Both the position numbers and the translations under genes were made by a program. The notes under the pieces are model-generated. The model worked only from the letters and a program-made list of their open reading frames with translations, had not been told where the DNA came from and searched no databases. Below are positions 39,760-53,330 of a stretch of DNA of 64,000 nucleotides, piece after piece (within the stretch, counting starts at the first letter, position 1; each line of letters opens with the position of its first letter). Source of the DNA: Marsupella aquatica (lineage: Eukaryota; Plantae; Marchantiophyta); the NCBI GenBank assembly GCA_973895155.1, contig OZ316898.1, positions 2,331,927 through 2,395,926 of the forward strand. The letters run 5' to 3'.

Positions 39760-40425
39760 CTAAGAAGTATGAGGCTGCACAGGAACTAGTTCACCCTCAG
39801 CTATTCTATGCCTATGACAATAAATGAAACGCCAGCCTTCCACATCCCAGTGGTCCCTGCCCTTCACACACCTCCTAAGGTGTTTCACTCCCCCAGTTGT
39901 CTCATCATGACACCAACTTCGAGGGCACCTACGACACTGGACAAAGTGCTTAATCCCATCCTTGTACACTTTACAATACTCACAAAAGTGCCTTGGGCAC
40001 ATTAGGCTCTTTGGATTCCCTGGCTGAGACCTTTGAGACAGTGCTGCAACCATAAGCAACACCCTAAGGCAACCAGGGTGGTAATGAGAAAAGCAATCGG
40101 GGTGGGCACAATGGAGCACAAGAGATTCATTTTCTGTGGGGTGCTCAAATCTGCCAATGAGTCCACAAGCAAAGCATCTAGCTTTGCCAGCAGCACATAG
40201 TTGACAAACCCATGGTGCCGTCCAGTCATTGTTTTCAGGCAGTGTGACAGGAGTGCAAGCAGGCCCATGTATACCTTCTCCACCAACAAAGTGAAAATGT
40301 CTACTACAAGGCCCATCACAAAATACCACATCATCTGTCTCATCACAAAAGAAACAACAAGGAGGATCCATGCGGTGGTGCTCCTTGTGGGAAAATATGT
40401 CAATCCTGGGCACATTAGAAGCCAT
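39760..40425 (-). CDS. Stand-alone EDM2-like composite PHD-finger protein (cargo of the P-like element)
   Basis: CFFCDE..VFCDGPCSRHFH..CQLC..RCFAC..CAHPDC..YHPGC..CPRHFCEYC..CRRCPRSW..W..IYCHRHRI..P..H follows the EDM2 PHD skeleton; intronless. Confidence 0.75.
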   Translation of the reverse strand: MASNVPRIDIFSHKEHHRMDPPCCFFCDETDDVVFCDGPCSRHFHFVGGEGIHGPACTPVTLPENNDWTAPWVCQLCAAGKARCFACGLIGRFEHPTENESLVLHCAHPDCFSHYHPGCLRVLLMVAALSQRSQPGNPKSLMCPRHFCEYCKVYKDGIKHFVQCRRCPRSWCHDETTGGVKHLRRCVKGRDHWDVEGWRFIYCHRHRIAEGELVPVQPHTS

Positions 40426-41994
40426 CTCTGCTTGTTGGATAAGTTGCTGGATAGTGGATTTACCTATGCACACCACATTCATTTACTCAGCATCCATGTT
40501 GTAGCCCCTCAACATTCATTAAACACTAAATAGCCAATTGAGGTTATTGGTGCAACTACATAGCATATATCATAAACAAAAGCATACCTTTTATTGATCT
40601 CTTATTTGACTAGCAAGAGCTGCAACAAATGGTGTATCTTGAGGCTTGCTCCTTCCACAAGGTTCACATATAAACCCTGGTATATTGCTGAAGCTTCTGA
40701 GATGCTTTGACTACATCGTAAGCCAATCCATCCTGCAAGAAGCTCAAGCCAATAAATCCCGCAAGCTCGAGTCAAGATCTAGAATAACAATTAAATCCAA
40801 GAAGACCTAACACAAAAGATGCTTCGACTACATCGTAATTAAGCCAATCCATCTGCAAGAAGCTTGAGCCAATCAATCCTGCTAGAGTGAAGATCTATAA
40901 TAACACATCCAAGAAGACCAAACACCAAAGATACAAGGAAGCGGGCAGGGAAGAACTTGAACAAACAGTAATCTTGAGAACTCTGGAAAATAGCGGCATG
41001 ACATGGAAGTCTCACTATAGATCATGAAATGAACTTTCAATTCAACTTCAGCCAGAGCTAGGCCAGAGATAATATACCTTGGCAATTATTGGCTCCAAGC
41101 TATAGACGTGGAACAAATCCTCTTGTTGGATAAGCTGCACATTCAACATAGAGCCATTCAAATGAATGGTATTCAAGATTGCATTGAACAAATACCACTA
41201 TGAACAATCACTGTTGAACAACTTACAGTGAGACTAATCCAATCAATTAATCAGGATTGAAACAGGAGTTGTTGAGGACGCTACTATGGCAAGGGCGCCT
41301 GCAATCCTACTTGCAAGAAGTAAAACACATAAGATAGACTAATCAGGCATGCAAAATCTCCAAGCAAAGAAAAATGTGAAATTGGCAATGGAGTCGATCC
41401 CACTGACATTTTCTCACAATCAGTTCCCTTCCAGCATTTTCAATCCAAATCTCATAGACAAACTGCAGGGAACTCAGAAGTGGACCATTGAGATAGACTA
41501 CAACATTTTCTACCACAGACTACAACAGACAATCGGGCTGACATTGAAAGGACAACATTTTCTACCACAGACTACAATAGACAGTCGAGCTGACATTGAA
41601 AGGACCATGAGACAACTTTCAAAGTTGACACACACAAACAAGACCTGCCCTTACCTTCACCAAGAGCCAACATGCAAGCGCAAATAGAGAACTAAGGACC
41701 AAATGTGATCGACTGTGAAGTTGACAATCAGTTCCTTCACCATTTTTGGGCATGAGACAGAGACAACTTTCACCAGCATCAGCGCAGTATGACAAACGGT
41801 GCCCCCAACAAAGCTTGATCTACCAAGTAATCAAATCACAATGAATCAAAGGAAGCAATTGAAAACTAGCAGGACAATGAAAGAGAACTCCACCACAAGT
41901 ACTTGCAGATCGAATGACAGTGCATCCTACCAAGGTCAATCAGCTCCCTGGTGCCCGGTCCAATCTCAACATGTACAGTCTTGATCGATCGATT

Positions 41995-42980
41995 GACCTT
42001 CAGCTTGATTGATCAATCAGTTGCTCCAACACGGCCGCTACACCAAAGACGACCCTTCAGTTGGATAGATCAGCTAGGAGCTCAAACACAACCGCAGCAC
42101 CCAACGACGACCCTTCAGCTTGATATTTCAGCTGGTTGCTCAAACACAACCGCAGCACCCAGTGGCAACCTTCACCGCAGCACCCAGCAGGACAGCCGCA
42201 GCCGTGACCTTGATCACACTCAGTCGCAACGCCCACGTTCATGCAATTGACTTCAGCCCCAACTTCAGCTACACCTCGATCATAGTTGCAATGCCCAGCT
42301 GAGCGCCCAACTTGAAGCAACATCCACAATTGCCCGATCACTTTCACTCCCAGAATGACTGCAGCTGATCAAAATCGCAGTAGATCACGCTTGCAGCTGA
42401 ACAGACTTGCAGCTGAATAGACTCGCAGCTGCCACCTAAGTTTGATCAACAGAGCCACAATGCCCATCCCATGTGTAAGCATTTCCTTCAAAAAAGCTCG
42501 AAGCAATACCCAGAAATGCCCACCGTGTGCAGCAAGCTCAGTCATTGCCGCAGCACCCAACCTGAGTCTAAGCATTTCCTTCAAGAAAAGATCAAGACCC
42601 TGAGTGCAAACTTTGTCCACTATCTACGAAGGAAGCAACACGATTGAGGAAACAACATGATTGAAGGCAGCAGCTTGCACAAGCAGCTTAAAACGAAGGA
42701 AGCATCACGATTGAAGGGAGCAACTCAATTGAAGGGAGCAGCACGAAAAGCAGGGAAGCACTCGACAAACAAAAAGGGATCAAGGAGGTCAGCCAAGAGG
42801 AAAAGTTCAAAGAAAGGGAGGAATACCTCAGTCTTCAGTTCGACCTGTGGAGTCACGCTTTCGCCCTTCGCCTTCAAGCTTGCCCCGGGCCTTCAAGCTT
42901 GCCCCGACCTTCAAGCTTGCCCCAACGTTCAACTTGCCTTCAATCTCGCCCCTCTCCCTTTGCCTTCAAGCTCGCTCTCT
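41995..42980. repeat. Short tandem repeats in the GC-rich 5' region of the P-like element
   Basis: ~55-60-bp units 'ccttcag.ttg..tg..cag...gctc.aacac' x3 (41995-42170) and ~18-bp 'ccttcaagcttgcccc' x3-5 (42870-42975). Confidence 0.7.
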
Positions 42981-45473
42981 GCCTAGCCTTTTCCAAGTGC
43001 TCCGTAAGGGATCGCAGCACATTGATTGGGAGAACCTCAATCTCCCGAGTTGCCAAAGCCTCCCACTTAGTCGACCTCAATGAGCGCCCACCTCCTTCAA
43101 CTGACCTTGCGCAACCACTGTCACCTCACATCCACCAACCTCAACGCAAGCTTGTGCAGCAGTCAATCGAACTCTCGTTCTAGCTCGCAACTTCCTTCAC
43201 AGAATGCACTACTTTCCTTAAAAAAAAACAGAGGCAGCACCCAACCTTCGATGCGCAACTCATCGCGACTCATCTTGTGCACTCTCGTGTGCACTTCCCT
43301 TTGCAAAGCTAAACCCTACCTCCCATCCAACGGTCCAACATTTGCCCTAAACGGCTCATATTTGCCTTTGCCCTGATCGTTGGATGCCCCTCCAAATGGA
43401 TGGATAGATGGCCCTGCGAGATTCACCCCCTAAACACCCACAGCCATCTACAAAGAATTTGGCAGTTGCACCTGGGAGAATGGATGTCCCCGACACTTCC
43501 TACCCCAACCCTTCCCCTTCCCCCCTTGTGGTCCACCAAACCATCCACGTCCCGCCCAAAAAATTCAAATTTTGTCCCTTAGTGCTCGTCTTAAGGCCAC
43601 CATGAAACCCCCATTAAGCACTATAACCTGTTTACATAAGGATGGGCCACATGGACCAATTAAAAACAGACACGTGTTCCTCATATATGGCCAGGCCAAA
43701 AATTCCCTATCTTCAACTAACAACTTATATTGAAGAAGTGGTGTTTATAATACCCCTAATATTCTTCTAAGTTGCAAGATATATTTTTTAACCCCTATAG
43801 TTCTTCAACAAAAATTCTAAAGTCTTCCGCAAAATTGAATTAAAAAACCCTATACTTTTTCGCGCGTGATGGGTCGGAAGGAAATAAGTGAGGACCCCGG
43901 GGAAGCTGGATCTGAAAAGGGAGAGCTCCGTTCTCCACTCCCATGACCGAGTCAGAGAGGATAGGCCGAAGGTCCACAATGAAACGTGACGCCAAGGCGG
44001 GGGCCACCTGCGTCCAGTTGCCAAGAAACGCACAAGGAGCAGCAACCACAGCCGAGGACACCCCCAAACCACCTCCCGATGGGGGCAGAGACGCCTGCCT
44101 AGCCGCAAAAGAACCATCCTCTCCATCAAGGGCTCCAGGACCGATGAGGTGACCAAAGACCCGCATCACGGTGGTGTCAAAGGAAGAGAGCAAGGACAAA
44201 AACGCTGGGGTGGGGGGGACCGTCCGCAGAAGGTATGATGGTCGGCGAACAAAACACAAAACCAGAATCAAGAAGGCAATCTGGACATCCCCCAAAGCCA
44301 CCAGCTGGTCAAGGTGCGCAACATCCTGGTCCAAGGCAGACTGTAGAAACTCCTGCTCAAAGGCCGTCCCCCCAAATGGCACCCCAAGGACACTAGTAGA
44401 AAACAATGTATTTTATGACCAAAACAATGACTATTAATCAGGTCTTTTTAACAAAACAATGACGCAATTGTTCTCGTCTTTCCAGACACGTCACAACGGA
44501 CATTTTGGTCACGGTCCTTTTGGACAAATGACGCTAAAAACATGTGGTCATTTCATACTATCCTAAATGACCGTTTTTATGATATGGTCATAAATGTTGA
44601 ACGGTCCAAAATGACGACACAAATCACCATCGACGGTCAATTGCCGTTGACCGTCGATGGTCCCCGTACCCAATCACACAACGACACGTGGCAATAAAAA
44701 AACTAATAACATTGGTCATTTTGGACAGTCCAAAATGACGTACATTATATAACAAATCAAATAGTGACACGTGGTTCAAAGAGGATTCACCATTTGGCAA
44801 TATATTTGGGTCATTTTGGACGTGTCCAAAATGACTACAGTATAAACAAGTCATATTGAGACACGTGGTTCAATTGGGAGAAGACACGTAAAGATACACA
44901 TTAGTCATTAATGACATGTCTTGAATGACATAAAGTGAGTCATAGTGGACTTGTTTATAATGACCATGAGAAAGGTCATTGTATATGTCATTCTTTGAAT
45001 CATTTAGTCTATGTCTTTAATGACCAGAGTTGAGTCATATTGGTCACAAAGATAGTTGTGAATAATGACCATTACATCAGTCATTCTAGCTAGTCATTTA
45101 GTCATTCAAGCCAATCATTCAGACGAAGTATTCAATGATTTGGAGAAATTCAAATTTAAGTGATCATGATAGATAAAACTTGATGTCAATCAAAAATCAT
45201 ATATTACAAAGCCATTCAATAGAGTTGCTAAATGAAAACTTAAAGAAACATTCGATATATATCACAAATCCAATTGATATTCATACAAGATACCTTCATA
45301 AGTCTCACGGTAAATATTGAACTCAATGCAAATTTATGAAACAAAATTACATTGACATCAATAATATTAGATTGTCAATTGTTACAACCTGACATACCAA
45401 TCACTCTGCATGTTTATAGAAAAACAGAGTTGTCATTCTATCATGTCTATTGTTTCTTGATAGAGTGCTATTT

Positions 45474-48320
45474 CTATTGCTTCTTAAGCAATCTAGAGTT
45501 CCATAGGGCATTCATCCCTTTCACATCAGATAATTTAGACTGGTTCTCCCCTGAATTGGCAAATGGCAATGCCACATCTACAAACACTTCAATCACACGC
45601 ACTCGCAAGAAAGGGCTTTCAAAATCTGCACAATGAAACTTATCTTCTCCTGGCAGCCCTGTCACCTCACCTTCTGCCACTATCATGGAATTGTCCACAA
45701 CGCTCTTCATCTTCACCAAATCTCCTCTTGCAAACTGTGAACAACACATTTTGTTAAAAATGCAATAAACAGAAATTGAAAGATAGAAGAACACTCAAAT
45801 CAAACACACATTTACCTTTGCAACGGGGTTAGGAGACTGCATTGGTTTCTTCTGTGCAGGTGATGCATTTGCTGAGGATCCTTTCTTCCTTTTCTTCTTT
45901 CCCTTTCTAGTTGATGGAGTGTCATCCTGTTCACTTGGAATGGGAGTTTCTTTTGGCAACTCAGATGATTCTGGGGTTACATCTGGTGTCAACTGAGTCG
46001 ACTTATCCTCTGGCAACTGAAAGACATCTGAAATGGCTTCTTTGGGCAACTTAGATGGCAAAAGGTTCACTTCCAATTCAGTTTGCTTTAGAGTACTGTT
46101 AGCTGTGTCAGTTGGTCTTCCCTGCGACACAGGAGGCTCCCCTAAAGATGCTGTCATAAAACACACACAAAAGAAATGCATAAACAAACATGTATACACC
46201 AGCAACATATAATCACACTAAAAACATGCAAGAACATTATAAACATGCAATGACATATACACATCACAATAATTACATTGAATGGACAGTGTATACATGA
46301 TAGAGAATTTTACCTTCATTATCGCCTGAAAAAGTAAGAGATCGCTTTCTACTACCTTGTTTGGTAGTTGTAGTCAACTTACTGTGACTAGGCACAACTG
46401 TTGGAACTTGTGCATTACTGGGGTGATGTGCCATCCACGTAGTCATCATGTTTGTCAACTCCCTCACAGTGCCTTTCAACTCAGCGACATCCAATTTCAC
46501 AGCCCCAATGGCAGTGATCTCTTCTTTTGAATGTGGGGTCTGTAAATGAACCACAAACCAACACAACAGTCTCACTGTCAAACTTACAAACGACACAACA
46601 CTGGCTCTGTCAAATGGAGAATGATGTACAAATCAAATTGGTATGACAATACTCACAGCTGATCCATGTCTGTTTCCTTGCCCTAGTAAGCTAGCACTTT
46701 TACCCTCCCCACTTGCCAATGATGGGCTCACCTTTGCTCCCACAAAACTACCAGTCTGACCTTCTGCACTTGCCAATGATGGGCTCATTGTCACCTTTGG
46801 CAATGAACCCTGACTACCATGGTTTTCTTTCAGGTCAGATATACCTGGGCTTGATCCTCTCTTCTGCTTCTGTTCAAACACACAATGAATGAGAAATCAC
46901 AGAGTTTGTTTTCATCAAGATTCACAAACAAGACAGAATTGATAGTGAAAATGATAGACAATTTACCATTCTCTTTGCTGCTGCAGCATGCCCTCCCCTT
47001 CCAAAGTGAGAGGTATCTTGCACTCGTGCTCTTTTATCAGTCATCTGTTTACTCAAAGATATCAATGCTGGACTGGTAAAATGAGATACCAAAGCTGCCC
47101 ATTTCTTTGGATCAACACCAGATGGCCCAAGTTTGGTTGGATCCTCATTGCAAACTTTCTTCCAATAAACATGCATTTTATGGCGCTCTCTCTTCAATAT
47201 GCCACGACAATGACTCTGGAATTTGGTGTTAATAAATTCCCCACCCACATACTCCCACTCAGCTGCCATGTTATTCCACACTGTGGTTGTATGAACTTGT
47301 GGATGATCAGTCCATTTTGGCTTTGATACATCAAAGACTCTGAGTACGTTGCCACGAAGTTCCTCCAGCCAGTATTGTTTGTTGCCATCAGAATCATCAA
47401 TATCATTGTCATAAATCTGCATTTCATAGACAATGTCAGATCATAACTCTGGAATTTATGCAGAGTCCAGGTTTTATACACACAACAACAGAGAGGATCA
47501 GATTTGTCTAAATCTACAAACAAGTACAATACTCACTTTAATGTGTTTGGGCACCTCTCCGCAATCCCTTCGTTGTTTGGCAGTATTATCAAACTGCTTC
47601 TTAGCATGCCTTCGTTCCCTGCGCATCTCAGAGGCCCCTCCTGCAATGCACACACATGCATTCAATCAAAAAATATGTACATGATTGAAAAGTTGAGCAA
47701 ATGTACTTGCATATGCAACACGAGCAGATTGTGTATTACCTGAAGATCCTCTGGAATGTAGTACATCAGATTGACCTGATCTGCCTTCAGATGCTGATGG
47801 AACCACTAAACAAACACACAACACCAAAGCACTTCAATTAATTTCATTTCCAAGTAGAATATCAACTTCCAAACACACCTGAAAAGTAGAACAGTACAAT
47901 CCACTCACTTTCATATAAGAGTCCAGTGTCTGGGTCTTTCCAACATCTCACTAGCCCACCTCCACCAGGCCCAGTCTTCTTAGGACCACAATTTTGTTTC
48001 TGTACCTACATCATGGACAACGTAAGCATATCAACATATAATTTGAAAAAGGGACAAGGATCCCTTCCTATTAGGATGATGAAGTTCAAGCATTACCTGT
48101 TGTGCACTCTCTGGTTCTGACCCTCCAATGTCAGAATCCTCAGTGTCATACTCAGAAGGAGAACCATAGCCATCATCACCAAACTCTGCCATGTTCACCT
48201 TGGTAACTTCTGATAGTCTAGAGCTCCTCCTCTTTGGCAATGTTTCAGTTGAAGTACCTTTCACCAAAGCAGGCTTTCCTCTCTCTCGTTGTACATGTGT
48301 GGTTGGGCCTCTAAGGAACA
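45474..48320 (-). CDS. CACTA TnpA-like protein, multi-exon (exon structure approximate)
   Basis: Exon fragments include WAALVSHF..SHFGRGGH (PTTA/Transposase_24-like), a coiled-coil exon, and the C-terminal IVAEGEV..RVRVIEV..DVALPF..ALWNSRLL (Tnp1/En/Spm-like). Confidence 0.7.
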
Positions 48321-48739
48321 AAGCAATCATCAACATACACCAATGCAGATCAAACATACATGCAAAATGAATCTACAACACCATAACACTAGTACTTATG
48401 TACAGGATCCATACTAGTATGAGACCAATCTGGAATATGAAAACAGAACATGAACCTGACAACTCCATCTACTGAATCAAATTTGCAATAGACATATCAA
48501 CACACACATCAGCTTGCAGTCTGGCCCCAGTCCTAGATCACGCATAATTCTGACATTATGCTCTATGTTCCGATTTCGGGCCTCCTCATAAGGATTCACA
48601 GAATGTGACAACCCTTGCAATCTTCCTTTCACAGGCTGCATTCACCAACTGCACAAATGGATAAACCATTAGTCTGATTTCATAAATAGTCCATACATGT
48701 AGTCCATCTATGGACTTCACACACCTAGCTAAAACCTAT

Positions 48740-51700
48740 TCACTGCTTAGGCCTGCCCTTTCTTGCAGATCCCTCTGCATCTCTGCCTCGTTTGGGACCA
48801 GTACTTGGTCCTGGATTTTCTCTGGACCTACAGGCCTTAGCCAATTCGATGTGTAATTTGACATTGTTTTCCATTGTAGCATGGAAATCAACGTCTGTGT
48901 AATCACCTAACACCCTTGTGGACCTGGATTCTTTGTGGAGGATTGTTCTCCATGCTATCCCCTTCTCATTGGGGTGGAAGAAAACCTGCTCCACTTGCTT
49001 TGGGAAAACGTAATCCATTTTCTTGGACACACCCAGTTCTCTATGGAAATTCACCTGCCAAAGACCAGACTTGGTATACCTCATACTGGCAGAGGATTTA
49101 GGAGTCCATGATGGATCTGCCCATTTCCCTTTGAAAAGAATCACCTCTTTCCTCAAGCTGCCATAATTCAGTACCAAGATATCTGTCAAGGCCCCTACAT
49201 ACTGTACAGATTCTTCTATGGTTGCACCAGACCTGTCCACTCGCTTCTCAGTGAATGTAGAAGCCATCCCAGAATCAAAAGTGCTGAAAGCACCAGAATC
49301 ACAATCACTCAAACACCCCAAGGATGGAATAGTCCTCCAATGGTGCCCATAGGCTCTACATGCCCTATACAGTCGTGCCTTCAAACTAGGTGGTGTGGAG
49401 TATGCAGATAGTAATGACCGCTCAGACTCTTTCTCAAAATTATGGGTATTGACTAATGTTTGAAACCATTCCCTGAAAGGTGGCAATTCTTGGCAGTCTA
49501 CGGGAAATTCCACTGGTTTTCTTCGATTGGCAGGCTTCCTCATCCACTCCTTCCGGAAATCCACTCTTCGTTTGGTAACAGTCTCATTGGTAGCATCATA
49601 TATCCTGCATGGCAACAACAACACTGAAGACATTAGTGCACGATCCACCATGAATATACAAACACAATGGGGAAACATAATTATGATCCATATGCCTAAG
49701 GATAGGAGAGTTTCTAGGGTTTATGTACCTATACCATGGAGCCACTGTCTCTTCATTCTCTAATATATAATGATGCATGGCCATCATTTCAGACCAATCC
49801 AAAGTTATCGCCTTTGCAGCCCCTTCCAAAACAATGCCTGCAACGCCAGCATCCTCCTCCAACTCCCAGGTTCGTTTTCCCTCTCCCTTTGCATCAATCA
49901 TGTATTCAGAAAGAAATCCCAAAGACTCATCTAATACATAGCCTTCAGCCATAGAAGCCTCTGGACGTGCCTTGTTTCGTACATAACCCTTCAATACCTT
50001 CAGGTTCCTCTCTATTGGGTACATCCATCTGCCTGTAACTGGGCCACACAAGTCTAATTCCTCCACTAGGTGAATCATTAAATGGGTCATGACATCAAAG
50101 AAGCTTGGTGGAAAATGGATTTCCAAAATGCAGAGAGTGAATGCAACATCCATCATCAAATTCTCATACATTGAAGGGTCCCACACCTTCGTACAGATCT
50201 GGCGATAGATATTGCTCACCCCAGCTATGGCCAAGCGAACCCCTTCATCAAGTAATCCCATTGTTGCCAGAGGGAGAATCTGTTGCATGAGTTGGTGGAA
50301 ATCATGTGATTTCAACCCAGAGAGTTTCTTGGATTTTGTAACACACTTTGCCAAAGAACTTGAAAAACCAGTGGGCCCTTTCAAGGTCAATAAAACCTCC
50401 AAGAACCTTGTTCTTTCCTTCTTGCTCAAGCAATATGGGGCTGGGGGCATCAACAATTTGTCATCCTTACGCTTGGGAGCTGGATTGGGTACAAGCCATA
50501 GGTGTTGGCGCACCTGTAAGAGCTTCATGTCTTCTCTCACAGAAGGAGTGTCCTTGGTCCCAATGATAGTGTGCACAATGTTGTGTGCAAGATTCTTCTC
50601 ACAGTGCATGGGATCTAGACAATGGTTAATGAGTAGTTTCTGCAGTGGACACACAATTCAGAAATTAGGGCATTGAATACAACTTTTGGCATCACTGGGC
50701 AGTAGTTTGTGCAGTGGACACAATTCAGAAATTAGTGCATTGAATACAACAATTACAAAATCTGGGCTACAGGAAGTATATGAAGAGAATATATTTCAAA
50801 GTCATATGAAGAGATTGCAGAAATTCATTGTAGTAGTATGGAGTCTTACATTCCAATAGGGCAACTTGTACAGACCAGTAGCCCTCTTCACTCCATGCAC
50901 CTTTATGGGGCATTTCTCATCCTCAACCTTGGTTCCTCCCTTCTTCAAATATTCTGTTGTCTCGTCTCCCCACTTCTTTCTATCAGAGCTTGTCATTCTA
51001 CACGGTGCAGGTCGACTCTCAATTGCACCATCAAAGTATTGTGCACTATCTGGTCTACGAAAAAGATGCCTTGTTGCTAACCATCGACGGTGGCCACTGT
51101 ACTCTAATTTCTGCAAGTGCTTAGAACCACGTGCCACACATTCTGGCCCACAGATGACACATCCTTTGTATCCAGAGTGTTGTTGTCCAGATATTAAACC
51201 ATATGCAGGGTAATCATTGATTGTCCACAATAGCACAGCCCTAAGGTTGAAGTGTTGAGACAATCCTGGGCGTGGCAATTTGTCAAAGCAGGGCACTCCT
51301 TTCTTCCACAACAGCTCCAACTCCTCATAGAATGGGCCCAATATTATGTCTAGCTGTTCCTCTGTTACTGAATCAGGTCCTGGAATCAGCATAGCTAGCA
51401 TGACAAAGAACTTCTTGGTGGTAAGCCAAGGAGGTAAATTGTAATTCAACAACAGTATTGGCCAGGTAGACCAAGCTGTGGAATTATTCCCAAAGGGATT
51501 CACCCCATCAAGTGCCAACCCAAATCGCACATTCCTTGGTTCAGCTGCAAATTCCCGATCAATATTTGTATCCACATGCTTCCAAGCCTTTGAATCTGCT
51601 GCGTGCCGAACCATGTTGTCTGTGCTTCTATTCTCATGATGCCAAGTCATGAGTTTAGATGTACCAGCAGTGGCATACAATCTCTTCAACCTGGGAATTA

Positions 51701-52733
51701 TAGGGAAATACCGCACTACCTTCCTTGCCTGTAATGAATTCCCCACTCTCTTCATCTTGGGCTGCTGACACACTGAACAGTTTTCTAACTTGGCATTCTC
51801 ACCCCTAAAGAGCATACAACCTTTCTCACAGACAGGGATTCTCTCATAATCCAAGCCAAGCTTTCTCAATAGCTGCTTTGCAGCATATAAGTTCTTGGGC
51901 AGATTATGCTCTGTAGGCATACCATGCTCCCCCATCAAAGACAACAATGCATTCACTCCTTTGTTTGAGAATCCATGGCCATGACAGATGTTCAGCAGAA
52001 GCAACATGAATGACACAACATCTATTTTGCTGCCTGGGAACAAAGGTTGCATTGCTGCATCTAAAGATAACTGTGCAGGATCAGTCTCCACAGGAGTTTT
52101 GGAGGTTTCAAGGGGGTTTACAGGATGGGCACCTCCTTCACTCTCATCATCCCCAAGTACAAAATCCAAGTCAAAACGGTCCTGATCATCTAGCTCATGC
52201 TCAGGGGATTCTTCACTGGTTCTCAGCAACGTTTCTTCCAGTAGAGCCCTGATATGTTCTTCGACATCTATAGTTGGATGTTCTTGAACATCCACAGTTG
52301 GATACTCTGGAACATCCACAGTTGGATACTCTGGAACATCTACAAATAAATGTTCTTCAACATCTACAGTTGGCTGTTGTGCACAGGTTGCCTGCTGAAG
52401 GTTTGCTACCCTCAATGCCTCAGGGCCATGTTGTGACATGTAGTCAGCACCCCACTCTTCATCAGAAGAGTCCTGTCCCTCTCCCACCCACACTCGACAT
52501 GCAGGGTACCGACCATGTTTAATAAGGTGCAGTCTAGCAGTATTCCGATTAGTCCTATAATTCCCTTTGCAGTTCACACAAGGGCAGTACATCTTATGGT
52601 CCCCACTCTTGTGGCAGGCCTTCTGTTCTCGAACCCACAAAGCATCATCACGATGTTGTACTCTAGCTGGATGGAAGAGCGGCAACTTTGGAGTTCTACC
52701 CACACCTAACGTATTCTGTGGCAATTGTGCCAT
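48740..52733 (-). CDS. CACTA TnpD/Tnp2 transposase, 3 exons (52733-50850, 50639-49729, 49604-48740), ~1219 aa, intact
   Basis: Motifs CPCVNC, LALDGVNPF, NYNLPP, LIPGP, WTINDYPAY, DPMHCEKN, GLKSHDFH, FPPSFFDVMTHL..GPV..RWMYPIER and RPEASMAEGY. The GT-AG junctions keep frame (3660 nt). Confidence 0.95.
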
Positions 52734-53330
52734 GCTAGCTTGATTGAAATTGTATTCAAACTATGATTTTCAAACTGAATCAGAGTGACATGCATACAAA
52801 ATTGGGCCTACCGTCACAGTTGTACAACCGATGCCAACCACAGTCCAATTGCTCAAACCCACAGAGCCCAGTTTCTCAAATCCACTGTAGTAGGGCACCT
52901 TCTCCTTGCATACAAATAGAGCATCACATACAGTGTCATCAGAATGATACTATGAACGTAAATCTCTGTGCCTTCATCATTTCCAGTATTTGTTTGCCTA
53001 TTAGGAATGTGAGCAGACAGGTCTGGAATAAGTAACGTTTGTGACACCAGTGACAAATTTACAAGTGAAGTTTAGACATCAATATGGAGGAAAGTCACAC
53101 TCAAAGTACATGCTTGAAAATCAGAATCCTACCCTGGAAAAGATAATAAAGTTGATTTCTCAAAATTAATTGCCTCAATCCGCAATGCACTGTCGTAGAG
53201 TGTGTATACATGAGGAGTTCATCAAACTGCATATAAATAGTCCACATGTTTTAGCACTCTGAAAATTGTTTAAGTCCACGTGAAACCATCAAAAAGCTCT
53301 ATCTCAAGTTTGTGTTCGATCCAGCCTCAA

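Larger units (their letters stand above)
34370..43901 (-). mobile_element. Autonomous P-element-like DNA transposon, 9532 bp, 8-bp TSD, imperfect bipartite TIRs
   Basis: TSD GAAGCTGG at 34362-34369 and 43902-43909. Left end ctcgggggcctca..atcacgctcga; reverse complement of the right end cccggggtcctca..atcacgcgcga. Removal restores the retrotransposon ORF exactly. Confidence 0.9.

Noticed and set aside
34370-43901. hAT assignment based on the 8-bp TSD
   Set aside because: No CxxH motif or hAT dimerisation domain; DxxH and DxxExFF fit the P lineage better.
43840-44406. 188-aa ORF as an independent gene
   Set aside because: Internal retrotransposon fragment whose start and stop come from the flanking transposon ends.
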